Assembly: GCA_965230925.1 (NCBI GenBank)
Contig: OZ246403.1
Coordinates: 530,230-594,229, forward strand
DNA: 64,000 nucleotides
Source of the DNA: an uncultured Candidatus Saccharibacteria bacterium
GTDB taxonomy: Bacteria; Patescibacteriota; Minisyncoccia; Phycocordibacterales; JACOZG01
Direction: 5' to 3'
Shown: positions 47,241-56,350 of the stretch, piece after piece
Layout of the letters: each line of letters opens with the position of its first letter
Numbering within the stretch: the first letter of the stretch is position 1
Notes under the pieces: generated by a model
The model's input: only the letters and a program-made list of their open reading frames with translations
Databases searched by the model: none
Told to the model about the DNA's origin: nothing
Position numbers and translations under genes: made by a program

Positions 47241-47312
47241 GTCCCTATAGTTCAATGGATAGAACAACCCCGTCCTAAGGGGTAAATGTGGGTTCGATTC
47301 CTGCTGGGGACA
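47241..47312 (+). tRNA. tRNA-Arg (anticodon CCU)
   Basis: Cloverleaf GTCCCTA-TA-GTTC-AATGGATA-GAAC-A-ACCCC-GTCCTAA-GGGGT...TTCGATT...TGGGGAC-A. Anticodon loop GUCCUAA gives CCU. Confidence 0.75.
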
Positions 47313-47331
47313 TTCGTGTTATACTTTAGCC

Positions 47332-47610
47332 GTGGCATACGGTGATGATCATCAGAGTTTCCGCGAGCTCACAGAGCTAGCGCGCGAGAATAATAAGATT
47401 CTCCGCGGTTTGAGGCGCACGGCGCGTTGGCATGGATTTTTCTCTTTTATTAAGTGGGTAGTTATTCTTGTTTCGATTGCTGCCTCCTACTACTATTTGC
47501 AGCCCCAAATTGACAACCTGCGTGATCTCAAGGGTTCTATTCCCTCGCTTGACGAGGCGATCGAAAACCTGAAGAATCTATCTGATCAATTGCCAAATGC
47601 GGGTAATTGA
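47332..47610 (+). CDS. hypothetical small membrane protein
   Basis: 92-aa ORF with one TM (FFSFIKWVVILVSIAASYYYL), wedged between tRNA-Arg and tRNA-Phe. Confidence 0.35.
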   Translation: MAYGDDHQSFRELTELARENNKILRGLRRTARWHGFFSFIKWVVILVSIAASYYYLQPQIDNLRDLKGSIPSLDEAIENLKNLSDQLPNAGN

Positions 47611-47613
47611 CTT

Positions 47614-47689
47614 GCCGAGGTAGCTCAGTTGGTAGAGCGTCCGCCTGAAGAGCGGTAGGTCGCCGGTTCAAGCCCGGCCCTCGGCACCA
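47614..47689 (+). tRNA. tRNA-Phe (anticodon GAA)
   Basis: Cloverleaf GCCGAGG-TA-GCTC-AGTTGGTA-GAGC-G-TCCGC-CTGAAGA-GCGGT-AGGTC-GCCGG-TTCAAGC-CCGGC-CCTCGGC-A-CCA. CCA is encoded. One 27:43 mismatch. Confidence 0.75.
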
Positions 47690-47744
47690 CAGTTGTTTTT
47701 TATCTCGGTTTGTTGTATAAATAAAAGCGGATCTTCTTCTTTCT

Positions 47745-47972
47745 TTGGAGACTTGTATGTTGAAAAGAGTAGTTAGAGATTCCACTGGTGATGAGCGTGA
47801 GGTTGAAGGTGTGCCGGTTGTTTTTGTTGAGCGCCAGACGCGGAGTAAAAAAGTAACCAAGTCGTTGGTGAAAAGTACCGAACCGCAACAGTCAAAAGAA
47901 ACTCCCACACAAGACCAACTGTTTCTCGACACCACCTGGATCGTTCCTCCTGGCCATAGTTGGGCCGACTAA
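47745..47972 (+). CDS. hypothetical small protein (low confidence)
   Basis: 75-aa ORF following tRNA-Phe. No family features. Possibly not expressed. Confidence 0.2.
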   Translation: METCMLKRVVRDSTGDEREVEGVPVVFVERQTRSKKVTKSLVKSTEPQQSKETPTQDQLFLDTTWIVPPGHSWAD

Positions 47973-47993
47973 CTCGCAAATCAGGTAACCAAA

Positions 47994-48020
47994 AAAGCGC
48001 GCCCCGGAGGAGCGCGCTTT
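47994..48020 (-). terminator. bidirectional GC hairpin (aaagcgcgc-cccggagga-gcgcgcttt) downstream of hsp20
   Basis: 9-bp perfect stem. On the minus strand it is followed by tttttt (rc of aaaaaa at 47991-47996). Confidence 0.5.
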
Positions 48021-48027
48021 CCCATCT

Positions 48028-48501
48028 CTAGAGTGTTTTTATTTTCAACCGCTTCGTTTTTTCTTTATCAATCTTGGGCAAGGTAATGGTGAGCAAGCCA
48101 TGACTCTCAGTTGCTTCAGCGTCTTCGGCTTCCACTTCGGCCGGCAGGAGAATAGTACGAGAGAATGAACCCCAATAGAGTTCTTGTTGGAAGTAATCGT
48201 CGTTGTGGACACTCATTTCTTCTTCCCGCTTACCTTTAATCGTCACCATTTCGCGGGTGATCGTGACATTAATATCCTCAAGTCGTACCCCGGCCACCAT
48301 CGTCTTAATCACAATCGAGTTCGGGGTTTGATACACGTCAACAGCGAGCTCTCCTTCTTCGGCCGATTCCTTCATCCAGCCACTTTTAGGATCCTCTTCT
48401 TCAGCGTTGAGGGATGGTTCAGGAGTTTCTGCAGGCGCGTCATTATTTAAACTAATGCTGCCAGTTAGTCGCTCGAAGAATGATTTTCTATTTTTGAACA
48501 T
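48028..48501 (-). CDS. Hsp20/alpha-crystallin family small heat-shock protein
   Basis: Alpha-crystallin domain with the C-terminal GLLTITLPK motif. 157 aa. Confidence 0.85.
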   Translation of the reverse strand: MFKNRKSFFERLTGSISLNNDAPAETPEPSLNAEEEDPKSGWMKESAEEGELAVDVYQTPNSIVIKTMVAGVRLEDINVTITREMVTIKGKREEEMSVHNDDYFQQELYWGSFSRTILLPAEVEAEDAEATESHGLLTITLPKIDKEKTKRLKIKTL

Positions 48502-49237
48502 TATAAATTAGATTTGGTCGCACCGTGGCCTTCACTTGTTCAAACACCATAATAATGAAAACAGTGAAGAGCCACAGAAGGGCAAAGACTTGCACCAATT
48601 CTCCCACATCAATCGAGCCAGTGAATGGATCTTTCCGTAGGTTAATTATAAAAAGATTAAACATTGCATGCAACATCACGGCTGTGATTAAGCCTAAAAT
48701 GGAGTAACACCAACGCTTGATTTGTGACTTCTTGTAGAAGGCGAGAGCAATGAGGCCACCGAGGATGGCGGAGGAAACCACGTGGAGTAAGGTGGCGCCA
48801 AGGAAGCGGAGATTGCCGGTGAGGAGAAAGTCGACCCCGCTACGATCGAAGAGGTAAAGCGTATTTTCTACCGCCGCGAAGCCGAGTGCCGCAGTGATAA
48901 GATAAATCATTGCATCGGTCGGTTCGTCGAAGTTCTTGGTCCGGAAGGCGAGGAAGTAGGCCGCTCCCCACTTTAGCAACTCCTCAATCACCGCCCACAA
49001 GAGCCAAATTAGTTTCTGGTTCTGAATACTGTCGATGAAGTGGAGATCAGACACGGCGCGCTCCATCCAGAGGGCAATACCGACAGTAATGCCCCCAGCA
49101 ATGAAGACGCGGACAATCATTCCGTTTGGTTCCGGACGTAATTTGTCTTCCTTGAGCCAGAACCAGAGCCAGACTAGAGTAGGGAGGGCGCCACCAAGAA
49201 TAGGGTAAAGATAGTTTACGACTTGGTCGATTGCCAT
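48488..49237 (-). CDS. PrsW-family intramembrane metalloprotease
   Basis: Polytopic. Motifs EELLKWG (EExxK), FAAVENTLY (FxxxE) and HVVSSAILGG, as in PrsW/anti-sigma-W protease family. Confidence 0.6.
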   Translation of the reverse strand: MAIDQVVNYLYPILGGALPTLVWLWFWLKEDKLRPEPNGMIVRVFIAGGITVGIALWMERAVSDLHFIDSIQNQKLIWLLWAVIEELLKWGAAYFLAFRTKNFDEPTDAMIYLITAALGFAAVENTLYLFDRSGVDFLLTGNLRFLGATLLHVVSSAILGGLIALAFYKKSQIKRWCYSILGLITAVMLHAMFNLFIINLRKDPFTGSIDVGELVQVFALLWLFTVFIIMVFEQVKATVRPNLIYNVQK

Positions 49238-51312
49238 ATTTCTTCGGTGATGAATGGCATAAATGGAGAAAGCAAAGTTAAGCTCTTTGCTAAAATTTGC
49301 TCCAAAACTTTTACTCCAGATTTTTTATCTGGGCGTCCTTTCACCTCCTCAATAATTATATCAGCGAAGCGATGCCAGAAGTAGTGGTATAACTTCTCGG
49401 CGGCCAAGTAGAAGCGATATTTTTCCATATCAACCTTAACTTCTTTTTCGAGTTCAGTAAGTTCTTCGAGGTGTTGCTTGTCAGTTTCAGAAAATTCGGC
49501 ATCGGTCGGATCACCAACCTCATCTTTTTGGGTTAGCACAAATCTCGTGGCATTCCAGATTTTATTGGCAAAGTGTTTATACGCCTTAATCTTGTCTTCC
49601 GAAATGCGACTATCATTACCGGGACTCGTACCAATAATGAGCGACATCCGGACAGCGTCCGCGCCATATTTCGCAATCATTTCTAGTGGGTCAATGATGT
49701 TCCCGAGCGACTTACTCATCTTTTTGCCACCCTCGTCGCGCACCAGGCCGTGCATATACACTTCCTTAAACGGCACCTCGCCGAGCAAGTATTGACTCAT
49801 CAAGATCATTCGTGCGACCCAGAAGAAGATAATGTCGTAACCCGTCTCCATCATCGAGAGCGGGTGATAGCGCTTAAATTCTGGTGTTTCTGCGGGCCAG
49901 CCAAGCGTAGAGAATGACCACAAACCGCTTGAGAACCAAGTGTCTAGTGTATCCGGATCTTGCTCCCAGCCTTCGCCAGTTGGGGCTTCAACATCAACGT
50001 AAATCTCATCGCCCGAACCGCTTGTCGCGCTTCGGTACCAAACAGGAATCTGGTGGCCATACCAGATTTGCCGCGAGATGCACCAGTCGCGTAAGTTATC
50101 AATCCATTGGAAATAAATCTTCGCAAATCTTTCTGGAACAATTTTAATTTGCCCGTTAACGACCGGCTCGCGCATTAATTCTTTCAGTGTTTTCCCACCG
50201 CGCGCCGCGATCGGCTTATTCACATCCACGAACCACTGCTTCAAGATTTGCGGCTCAATAATTTCACCCCCGCGGCTATTGGTCGGCACAGCGTGAATGT
50301 AATTCTCATCAATTTTTTCTACCAAGCCTTTGGCTTGTAACTTCTCGACAATCATCGGCCGTGCTTTCTTAATATGCAAGCCAGAGAATTCTCCCGCAAT
50401 CGGCAGCAGTTTACCTTTCAGATCAATCACCTGTTCTTTCTCCAGCTTATGCCGCTCGGCGATCTCCCAGTCGGTGGCATCGTGCGCGGGCGTAATCGTC
50501 ATCACGCCGGTGCCGAAGGTCCTGTCGATCGCCTCGTCCTTAATCACGGTCGCGGTAATCGGACCGTTAATCCACTCGAGTTCCAACTTCTGCCCATGCG
50601 CCCAGTCTTTATACCGCTCGTCGGCCGGATGCATCACCACGTACTTATCGCCAAACTTGGTCTCTGGTCGCGCCGTGCCAATAGTGAAGGGGCCGTATTT
50701 TAGATAATAAAATTTCTCGGTTACTTCCTTGGTCTCAATCTCGTCGTCCGACACCGTGGTTTGCATTTTCGGATCCCAATTCACCAGCCGCTCGCCGCGA
50801 TAAATGAGACCATCGTCGTACATACGTTTAAACGCCGTGCGCACGGCAAGACTGCGCGGTTCATCGAGGGTGAAGGCCTCGCGCGACCAATCAAGCGAAG
50901 CGCCGAGCTTCTTAATCTGATTCACAATCGTGTCGTGACTCGCGGTGGCAAAGTCGCGCACCCGGCGCAAGAATTCTTCCCGCCCCAAATCGTGGCGCGT
51001 CTTGCCTTCTTTCTTATAAATTTCACTCTCCACCTTCGCTTGCGTGGCAATCGCGGCGTGATCCGTGCCCGGGATCCAGAGTACGTCCTTACCCAAGAGG
51101 CGAGCGTAGCGAGCCATAATGTCTTCAATCGTCACCATGGCGGCATGACCCATGTGTAAAACGCCGGTCACATTCGGCGGCGGCAGAACCATCGAAAAAG
51201 GCTCCTTTCCAGAATCCGGTTGAGGCGTAAAGTCACCTCGTTCTAACCACAATTTATATATCCGTTCCTCCGTCTCGGCCGGATTATAAGGCTTCAGAAA
51301 TTTTGGATCCAT
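49216..51312 (-). CDS. valS: valine--tRNA ligase (short form, 698 aa)
   Basis: HIGH-region PPNVTGVLHMGHA (ValRS-type) and KMSKSLGN. Lacks the long C-terminal coiled-coil extension of typical ValRS. Confidence 0.85.
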   Translation of the reverse strand: MDPKFLKPYNPAETEERIYKLWLERGDFTPQPDSGKEPFSMVLPPPNVTGVLHMGHAAMVTIEDIMARYARLLGKDVLWIPGTDHAAIATQAKVESEIYKKEGKTRHDLGREEFLRRVRDFATASHDTIVNQIKKLGASLDWSREAFTLDEPRSLAVRTAFKRMYDDGLIYRGERLVNWDPKMQTTVSDDEIETKEVTEKFYYLKYGPFTIGTARPETKFGDKYVVMHPADERYKDWAHGQKLELEWINGPITATVIKDEAIDRTFGTGVMTITPAHDATDWEIAERHKLEKEQVIDLKGKLLPIAGEFSGLHIKKARPMIVEKLQAKGLVEKIDENYIHAVPTNSRGGEIIEPQILKQWFVDVNKPIAARGGKTLKELMREPVVNGQIKIVPERFAKIYFQWIDNLRDWCISRQIWYGHQIPVWYRSATSGSGDEIYVDVEAPTGEGWEQDPDTLDTWFSSGLWSFSTLGWPAETPEFKRYHPLSMMETGYDIIFFWVARMILMSQYLLGEVPFKEVYMHGLVRDEGGKKMSKSLGNIIDPLEMIAKYGADAVRMSLIIGTSPGNDSRISEDKIKAYKHFANKIWNATRFVLTQKDEVGDPTDAEFSETDKQHLEELTELEKEVKVDMEKYRFYLAAEKLYHYFWHRFADIIIEEVKGRPDKKSGVKVLEQILAKSLTLLSPFMPFITEEIWQSTKS

Positions 51313-51337
51313 TGGGCTTATCCTATCAAAAAACGGC

Positions 51338-52591
51338 TTATTTTAAAACCAAATTACCGTTGGCGGAGAAATTTTTTTTGGTAACTTTTTTCTTTTGAAC
51401 AAGGCGAAGGTAAGCAGCTGCGCCGATCATGGTGGCATTGTCGGTGGTGAGGGGTTGGTCGGGGACCAAAAGAGTAAGCCTTTGGCGTGTTAACTTTTGA
51501 GAAGAATTTTTATTAAACTCGGTAACGTGATTTTCAAAATGTTTGCGGAGCGCAGTATTCGCAATCACGCCGCCGCCGATGAGGAGGGTGCGGGGTTTAA
51601 ATTTCTCCACGGCGCGGAAGGTTTTGGTGGCCAGGACCTCAATCACCGCTTCTTGGAATTCGTGGGCAATAGCGGCCTTGGTCTTTTCATCAAGTGTTCC
51701 TAACTTTTGAGTCAAATAAAGTACCGCAGTTTTTAAACCAGAAAAAGAAAAGTCGAAGTCAGGCGAGTTGAGCATCGGCCGCGGTAAGGTCACAGAAATC
51801 GCTCCACTTGCGCCTTCGGACGCCGTCTGGGTCGGCGTGGCCAGTTGCGGCTCCAAGCGAGTCGCTGTTGCTGCTAACTTCGAGAGCGCGGGGCCGCCGG
51901 GGTACGGGAGACCGAGAATGCGCGCTACCTTGTCGAAGGCTTCTCCCACCGCATCATCGCGCGTTTGGCCAATCACTTTATACTTGCCCCAATTTTTCAT
52001 GAGCACAATCTCGGTATGACCGCCCGAGACGAGGAGAGCAAGAGCGGGGAACACGAGCTTCGTTAGCTTGTTAGCTGCAGTAGCTTGAACGAGAGGGGAA
52101 ACCACATGCCCTTCCATGTGATTAATCGGGATCACCGGCAAATTCCACACCGCGCCGAGCGCCTTGGCGAAGTTGATCCCAACCCACAGCGCCGGCTCCA
52201 GCCCCGGGCCTTGGGTCACAGCGATTGCGTCTATCTTTGGAATTTTAATTTTCGGAATTTCGGCGATGAAAACTTCTCGCAATTCACGTTCGCGCTCGAG
52301 AATTTTTACTACTTTCTTCGCCATGCCGAATCCGCCGTTTTGGCGGAGAAGGTGGGTCGGTTTATTAAGTTTTGCTTGCTCAAGTGCCCGAACCAAGAGG
52401 GGAACCAAGTTGCGTTGATGTTCCCTCTTGGCCAAGTTGGGCACCACGCCGCCAAACGGCGCATGAATTGCCGTTTGCGAGCTCACCAAGTGGGCAAGCA
52501 CTTTAAAAATTGGCTTCTTCAAGCCTCCCTTTCCGTCCACCACGCTAATCGCTGTCTCATCGCAACTTGTCTCGATGGCTAAGATTCGCAT
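51338..52591 (-). CDS. tsaD: tRNA N6-adenosine threonylcarbamoyltransferase TsaD (with lineage-specific insertions)
   Basis: N-terminal ILAIETSCDETAISVV and metal-binding HMEGH. It is 417 aa against the usual 340 because of two inserted segments. Confidence 0.8.
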   Translation of the reverse strand: MRILAIETSCDETAISVVDGKGGLKKPIFKVLAHLVSSQTAIHAPFGGVVPNLAKREHQRNLVPLLVRALEQAKLNKPTHLLRQNGGFGMAKKVVKILERERELREVFIAEIPKIKIPKIDAIAVTQGPGLEPALWVGINFAKALGAVWNLPVIPINHMEGHVVSPLVQATAANKLTKLVFPALALLVSGGHTEIVLMKNWGKYKVIGQTRDDAVGEAFDKVARILGLPYPGGPALSKLAATATRLEPQLATPTQTASEGASGAISVTLPRPMLNSPDFDFSFSGLKTAVLYLTQKLGTLDEKTKAAIAHEFQEAVIEVLATKTFRAVEKFKPRTLLIGGGVIANTALRKHFENHVTEFNKNSSQKLTRQRLTLLVPDQPLTTDNATMIGAAAYLRLVQKKKVTKKNFSANGNLVLK

Positions 52592-52888
52592 TTACGCCGC
52601 CTTTCTCGAAGTTCTCTTTAATCTGTCTAATTCTCGCTCGTTTGATTGATGTCTTTGGCCAATCTGCATCTTTTTTTGTTCTAACTCTCGAAGTTCAGCC
52701 TCTTCCTTTTCCAGTTCTAGTTTTATTTTCGCTGCCTCCTGTTCTTTTGCCGTTAATTTGGTTTTAACCTTTTGGACTTCTTGATTCTCTGCTTTGATCT
52801 CTCTGTCTAGTTCTCCTAGCTCGCGTTTTTCTTCTTCTACTTTTTTCTCGAAATCTTGCAAGGCTTCTGCAGAATCATTATTGTGCAT
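52592..52888 (-). CDS. hypothetical coiled-coil protein
   Basis: 98 aa, E/K-rich heptad-like sequence throughout. Directly upstream of tsaD (stop/start abut). Confidence 0.35.
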   Translation of the reverse strand: MHNNDSAEALQDFEKKVEEEKRELGELDREIKAENQEVQKVKTKLTAKEQEAAKIKLELEKEEAELRELEQKKMQIGQRHQSNERELDRLKRTSRKAA

Positions 52889-52917
52889 GTTTAATTTGTT
52901 GTTTGATAAAGGCTTTC

Positions 52918-52992
52918 TGGTGACCCTACCGGGAATCGAACCCGGATTAACGGCTTGAAAAGCCGGCGTCCTAACCGTTAGACGATAGGGCC
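52918..52992 (-). tRNA. tRNA-Glu (anticodon UUC)
   Basis: rc is GGCCCTA-TC-GTCT-AACGGTTA-GGAC-G-CCGGC-TTTTCAA-GCCGT-TAAT-CCGGG-TTCGATT-CCCGG-TAGGGTC-A-CCA. Anticodon loop UUUUCAA gives UUC. One 27:43 mismatch. CCA encoded. Confidence 0.6.
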
Positions 52993-53035
52993 GAATGGTG
53001 GGCCCGCCTACGACTGAGTCGCGCGCTGCCCATTG

Positions 53036-53758
53036 TTAGGTTACAAGGAACTGTGGTCGGAACCTAAGGTTTCTTCTGAGTCCGGCGGTAATAAGATTCA
53101 CCTTCCGTTTTGGGTATGACGGGTGGCGAAAGTTAAGCGGGATCTCCTCTTGGATGACCTGCCATCTTCTTCTCGACAGGCGGAGTTCGTTGAAGATTTT
53201 GCCAGTCTTGAGGCTTCTGAGATCTGCCTTGCTTATTACTACCGCTTTTTCGTCTGGTCGACAAGCGAACACCCCGGTTTTAAGGTGCCCGTTTTTAGAC
53301 AGGGCCACCATCAGTTCAATGTCGAACAGATAAACTTCGGTGGTATTAAAGTAGAGCATTGTGCGGATTTCCTGCTCTGATCTACACCTGGCCATCTCGG
53401 TTTTTGATGGCTTGTTGCCAAACGCTCTTGTTCTTCGGTTGGTGTAAACATACACCAGGTAAAACACTTGATGGTAAGGAAATCCTCGAGCAAGTTCCGC
53501 ATGGCGATTGATTTGATACAAAGCAAATCTCAAGACGCTTACCGTGTTTCTTCCCTTCACGTCTACTCCCGTTCTGTTCGACACCACCATGTCGACGTCC
53601 CCGTAGTCGCTCTCAACAGCTTCTGCGTCTAGAGCTTTAAGAGACAGGTGTTCGTAAAATCTCCTTACTGTTTCTAGTTTTGAAGGACTGCCTGGTCCAC
53701 TGAGACCAGCAACGGTTCGCATCCAGCGTCTTCCTGCCGGACTATATTTTTTTTCCAA
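53036..53758 (-). CDS. hypothetical Arg-rich protein with candidate PD-(D/E)xK nuclease-like motif
   Basis: 240-aa ORF between tRNA-Glu and tRNA-Ser. The segment GDVDMVVSNRTGVDVKG shows D...(D)xK spacing typical of the restriction-endonuclease-like fold. No other recognisable family features. Confidence 0.4.
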   Translation of the reverse strand: MEKKYSPAGRRWMRTVAGLSGPGSPSKLETVRRFYEHLSLKALDAEAVESDYGDVDMVVSNRTGVDVKGRNTVSVLRFALYQINRHAELARGFPYHQVFYLVYVYTNRRTRAFGNKPSKTEMARCRSEQEIRTMLYFNTTEVYLFDIELMVALSKNGHLKTGVFACRPDEKAVVISKADLRSLKTGKIFNELRLSRRRWQVIQEEIPLNFRHPSYPKRKVNLITAGLRRNLRFRPQFLVT

Positions 53759-53851
53759 GGTTCTTCACCTCCTTCCTTTCTGTTCCCCAAGATACCATGC
53801 CCGCGAGCTTTTGAAAATTGATCCGAAGTGCTAGGATCAGGGTTGTTTTTT

Positions 53852-53938
53852 GGAGGCGTGGCAGAGAGGTCTAACGCGCCGCACTCGAAATGCGGTTGGG
53901 GGGCAACCCCCTCGGAGGTTCGAATCCTCCCGCCTCCG
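53852..53938 (+). tRNA. tRNA-Ser (anticodon CGA), type II with long variable arm
   Basis: GGAGGCG...anticodon arm CCGCA-CTCGAAA-TGCGG, variable arm TTGGGGGGCAACCCCCTC, T-arm GGAGG-TTCGAAT-CCTCC, acceptor 3' CGCCTCC-G. Confidence 0.8.
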
Positions 53939-54053
53939 TCTTCGCCACGACGTAGCTTTAGCAAAGTCGGGCTTTAAACCTATTTTGTGGCTACGACGTG
54001 ACACGGTCCGTTGGGTAGCGAAAAGTAGAAGTTTTTGGTAGATTTACTACACT

Positions 54054-54125
54054 GCGCGCTTAGCTCAGTGGTAGAGCATCTCATTGACGTTGAGAGGGCC
54101 GGGGGTTCAAATCCCTCAGCGCGCA
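54054..54125 (+). tRNA. tRNA-Val (anticodon GAC)
   Basis: GCGCGCT-TA-GCTC-AGTGGTA-GAGC-A-TCTCA-TTGACGT-TGAGA...TTCAAAT...AGCGCGC-A. The 5' half is nearly identical to the UAU tRNA at 16677. Confidence 0.8.
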
Positions 54126-54151
54126 CCGTTCGATTCCACTCACGGTAAACC

Positions 54152-55081
54152 TTATTTTCCCGTGTGTAAGTAAACGTAAATATCTTCGAGCGCTTTAATG
54201 GCGTCGCCCGCGGCGATATTGTTTTGGTGGTAGAGACCATCAGCGCAGTCGCCCGCGGCCCAGATACCGGCCGTGGTGGCCCGCTGATTCTTAGGGTCAA
54301 CAACGACGGAGCCATAAGGATTAAGCGTGGTAACCTCTTTGAGGAATTCTGTGGTCGGTGTGAAGCCGATCTCGACGAAGACGCCACCAGTTGCGAGCTC
54401 ATGATTCTCACCGGTAATTTTATCTTTATAAACCAGCGCGGTGACAAATTTATCACCCTTCACTTCCACGGTTTCGGCGTTTTTAATCGCTTTCATTTTA
54501 GGATTGGCGAGGACTTTCTCGACAGTAATTGGATCAGCCTTGAACTCGGCGCTGTGATGAATCATGGTGACGGAATTGGTGTAGGCGAGGAGTTGGAGTG
54601 CGGTCTCGAAGCCGGCATTGCCGCCGCCAATCACGACGACGTTGCGACCAGAGAAGAGTGGTCCATCACAGGTAGCGCAATAAGTAATTCCTTTTTGTTC
54701 AAACGTGTCGGCGCCAGGCACGGTGAGTTTGCGGCGATGAGCGCCGGTGGTGACGAGAACGGTCTTGGCTTCGAAGGTGTCGCCATTATCAGCGGTGACG
54801 AGGAAATTGCCGTCTTTTTTCTCAACCTTGGCCACCTTGAGACTCGTTTTGATTTCTAAACTCTCGCCTTGATGGGCGTACAAATGATCTTTAAGCGCTG
54901 TGGCCAGGTCTTCGCCCGAAATTGCTTTTGTGCCGACCCAGTTCTCGATACTCGGCGAGACAATGCTCTGACCGCCGAAGTCGTAGGTTATTAAAACGGT
55001 TTTAATTTTCTTCCGCGCGGCATAAATACCAGCCGCCACGCCCGCAGGTCCACCACCTAAAATGGCTAAATCATAAATCAT
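54152..55081 (-). CDS. trxB: thioredoxin-disulfide reductase
   Basis: FAD motif ILGGGPAGVAAGIYAA and the redox-active CATCDG. NADPH motif present (VVIGGGNAG). 309 aa. Confidence 0.9.
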   Translation of the reverse strand: MIYDLAILGGGPAGVAAGIYAARKKIKTVLITYDFGGQSIVSPSIENWVGTKAISGEDLATALKDHLYAHQGESLEIKTSLKVAKVEKKDGNFLVTADNGDTFEAKTVLVTTGAHRRKLTVPGADTFEQKGITYCATCDGPLFSGRNVVVIGGGNAGFETALQLLAYTNSVTMIHHSAEFKADPITVEKVLANPKMKAIKNAETVEVKGDKFVTALVYKDKITGENHELATGGVFVEIGFTPTTEFLKEVTTLNPYGSVVVDPKNQRATTAGIWAAGDCADGLYHQNNIAAGDAIKALEDIYVYLHTGK

Positions 55082-55093
55082 CGGCCTATTGTA

Positions 55094-56302
55094 CTATTTA
55101 TTTTTCGGTCGACGCAAGAAAGCGGGAATCGATGACCAGTCATCCTCATCTTCTTCTGTTACATTATTTTCGCGTGGCGGTGGGAAGATTCTTCCAGCTG
55201 GCGGCTTGCTCGTTAGAGAATCAATTTTCTTGATTCCCGCTGGTGCTTTAAGACCAAAGTCAGGTGTTGCCGAGGGGGGTTCTGTGGGAGTTGAAGGGGT
55301 TTCTGGTTTTGTCTCACCGAAGGAGGCCATGGGTCGTTTGCGCGAATTTTCGGGGAAGCCGGTGGCGATAACGGTTACTCGGATTTCGTTTTTCGCTAAT
55401 TTATCGCTATGAATGGCGCCGAAAATAATTTTGGCATTTGGATCGACTGATTCCGTAATTACCTTGGCCGATTCTTGAATTTCAAACATCGTCATGTCGC
55501 TACCGCCGGCAATGGCGAAGAGGACACCCTTAGCCCCGTCAATCGAGAGATCAAGGAGCGGAGAATTAATCGCGGCCTTGGCGGCTTCTACCGCCCGATT
55601 GTCTCCCGCCGCGGAGCCAATACCCATGAGGGCCGACCCAGCATTGGCCATAATCGAGCGAATGTCGGCGAAGTCAACGTTGATGATGCCCGGCGTGGTA
55701 ATGAGGTCGGAAAGCCCTTCTACGGCTTGGCGCAAGACCTCATCACAAATAGCGAAGGCTGAGAGACAGGTGGTAGTTTTATCAATAATTCCGAGGAGGC
55801 GGTCGTTTGGAATCACCACAATGGCATCAACTTCTTTGCGCAATTCTTCAATCCCTTTCTCGGCAATTTGCATCCTTTGATTGCCTTCGAAGAAAAAGGG
55901 TTTGGTAACAATGGCGATAGTGAGAATTCCTTGGTCTTTGGCTGTCTTGGCTACGAAGGGAGCGGCGCCGGTGCAACTGCCACCACCCTCACCACCAGCA
56001 ATGAAGATCATGTCGGCACCCTTAATCATGGTCTGAATTTCTTCAGCCGTTTCTTCTGCGGCTTTGCGACCGAGTTCCGGGTTCATGCCGGTGCCAAGAC
56101 CGCGAGTTAGGGTTTTCCCGATATGGATTTTTTTCTTAGCGAGTGAGTGGTGGAGATGTTGAGCGTCAGTATTGATGGCGATAAAATCAACCCCTTTGAC
56201 ATTACTTTTGACCATGTGGTTGACGGCATTGGTGCCGGAGCCACCCACTCCCAGAACTTTAATCCGGGCAAAAGTCTCAATTTCCGGGTTGATTTTTGGC
56301 AT
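55094..56302 (-). CDS. ftsZ: cell division GTPase FtsZ
   Basis: Tubulin signature GGGTGTGAAP, N-terminal VLGVGGSGTNAV, and a C-terminal variable linker. Confidence 0.95.
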   Translation of the reverse strand: MPKINPEIETFARIKVLGVGGSGTNAVNHMVKSNVKGVDFIAINTDAQHLHHSLAKKKIHIGKTLTRGLGTGMNPELGRKAAEETAEEIQTMIKGADMIFIAGGEGGGSCTGAAPFVAKTAKDQGILTIAIVTKPFFFEGNQRMQIAEKGIEELRKEVDAIVVIPNDRLLGIIDKTTTCLSAFAICDEVLRQAVEGLSDLITTPGIINVDFADIRSIMANAGSALMGIGSAAGDNRAVEAAKAAINSPLLDLSIDGAKGVLFAIAGGSDMTMFEIQESAKVITESVDPNAKIIFGAIHSDKLAKNEIRVTVIATGFPENSRKRPMASFGETKPETPSTPTEPPSATPDFGLKAPAGIKKIDSLTSKPPAGRIFPPPRENNVTEEDEDDWSSIPAFLRRPKNK

Positions 56303-56350
56303 AGATCGCCACTACATTACCAGCAAAGCATAGGGAGCGCAAACGCCGTT

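Noticed and set aside
53674-53964. 96-aa minus-strand ORF spanning tRNA-Ser
   Set aside because: It overlaps a well-formed tRNA-Ser gene and is an artefact of the GC-rich tRNA sequence.
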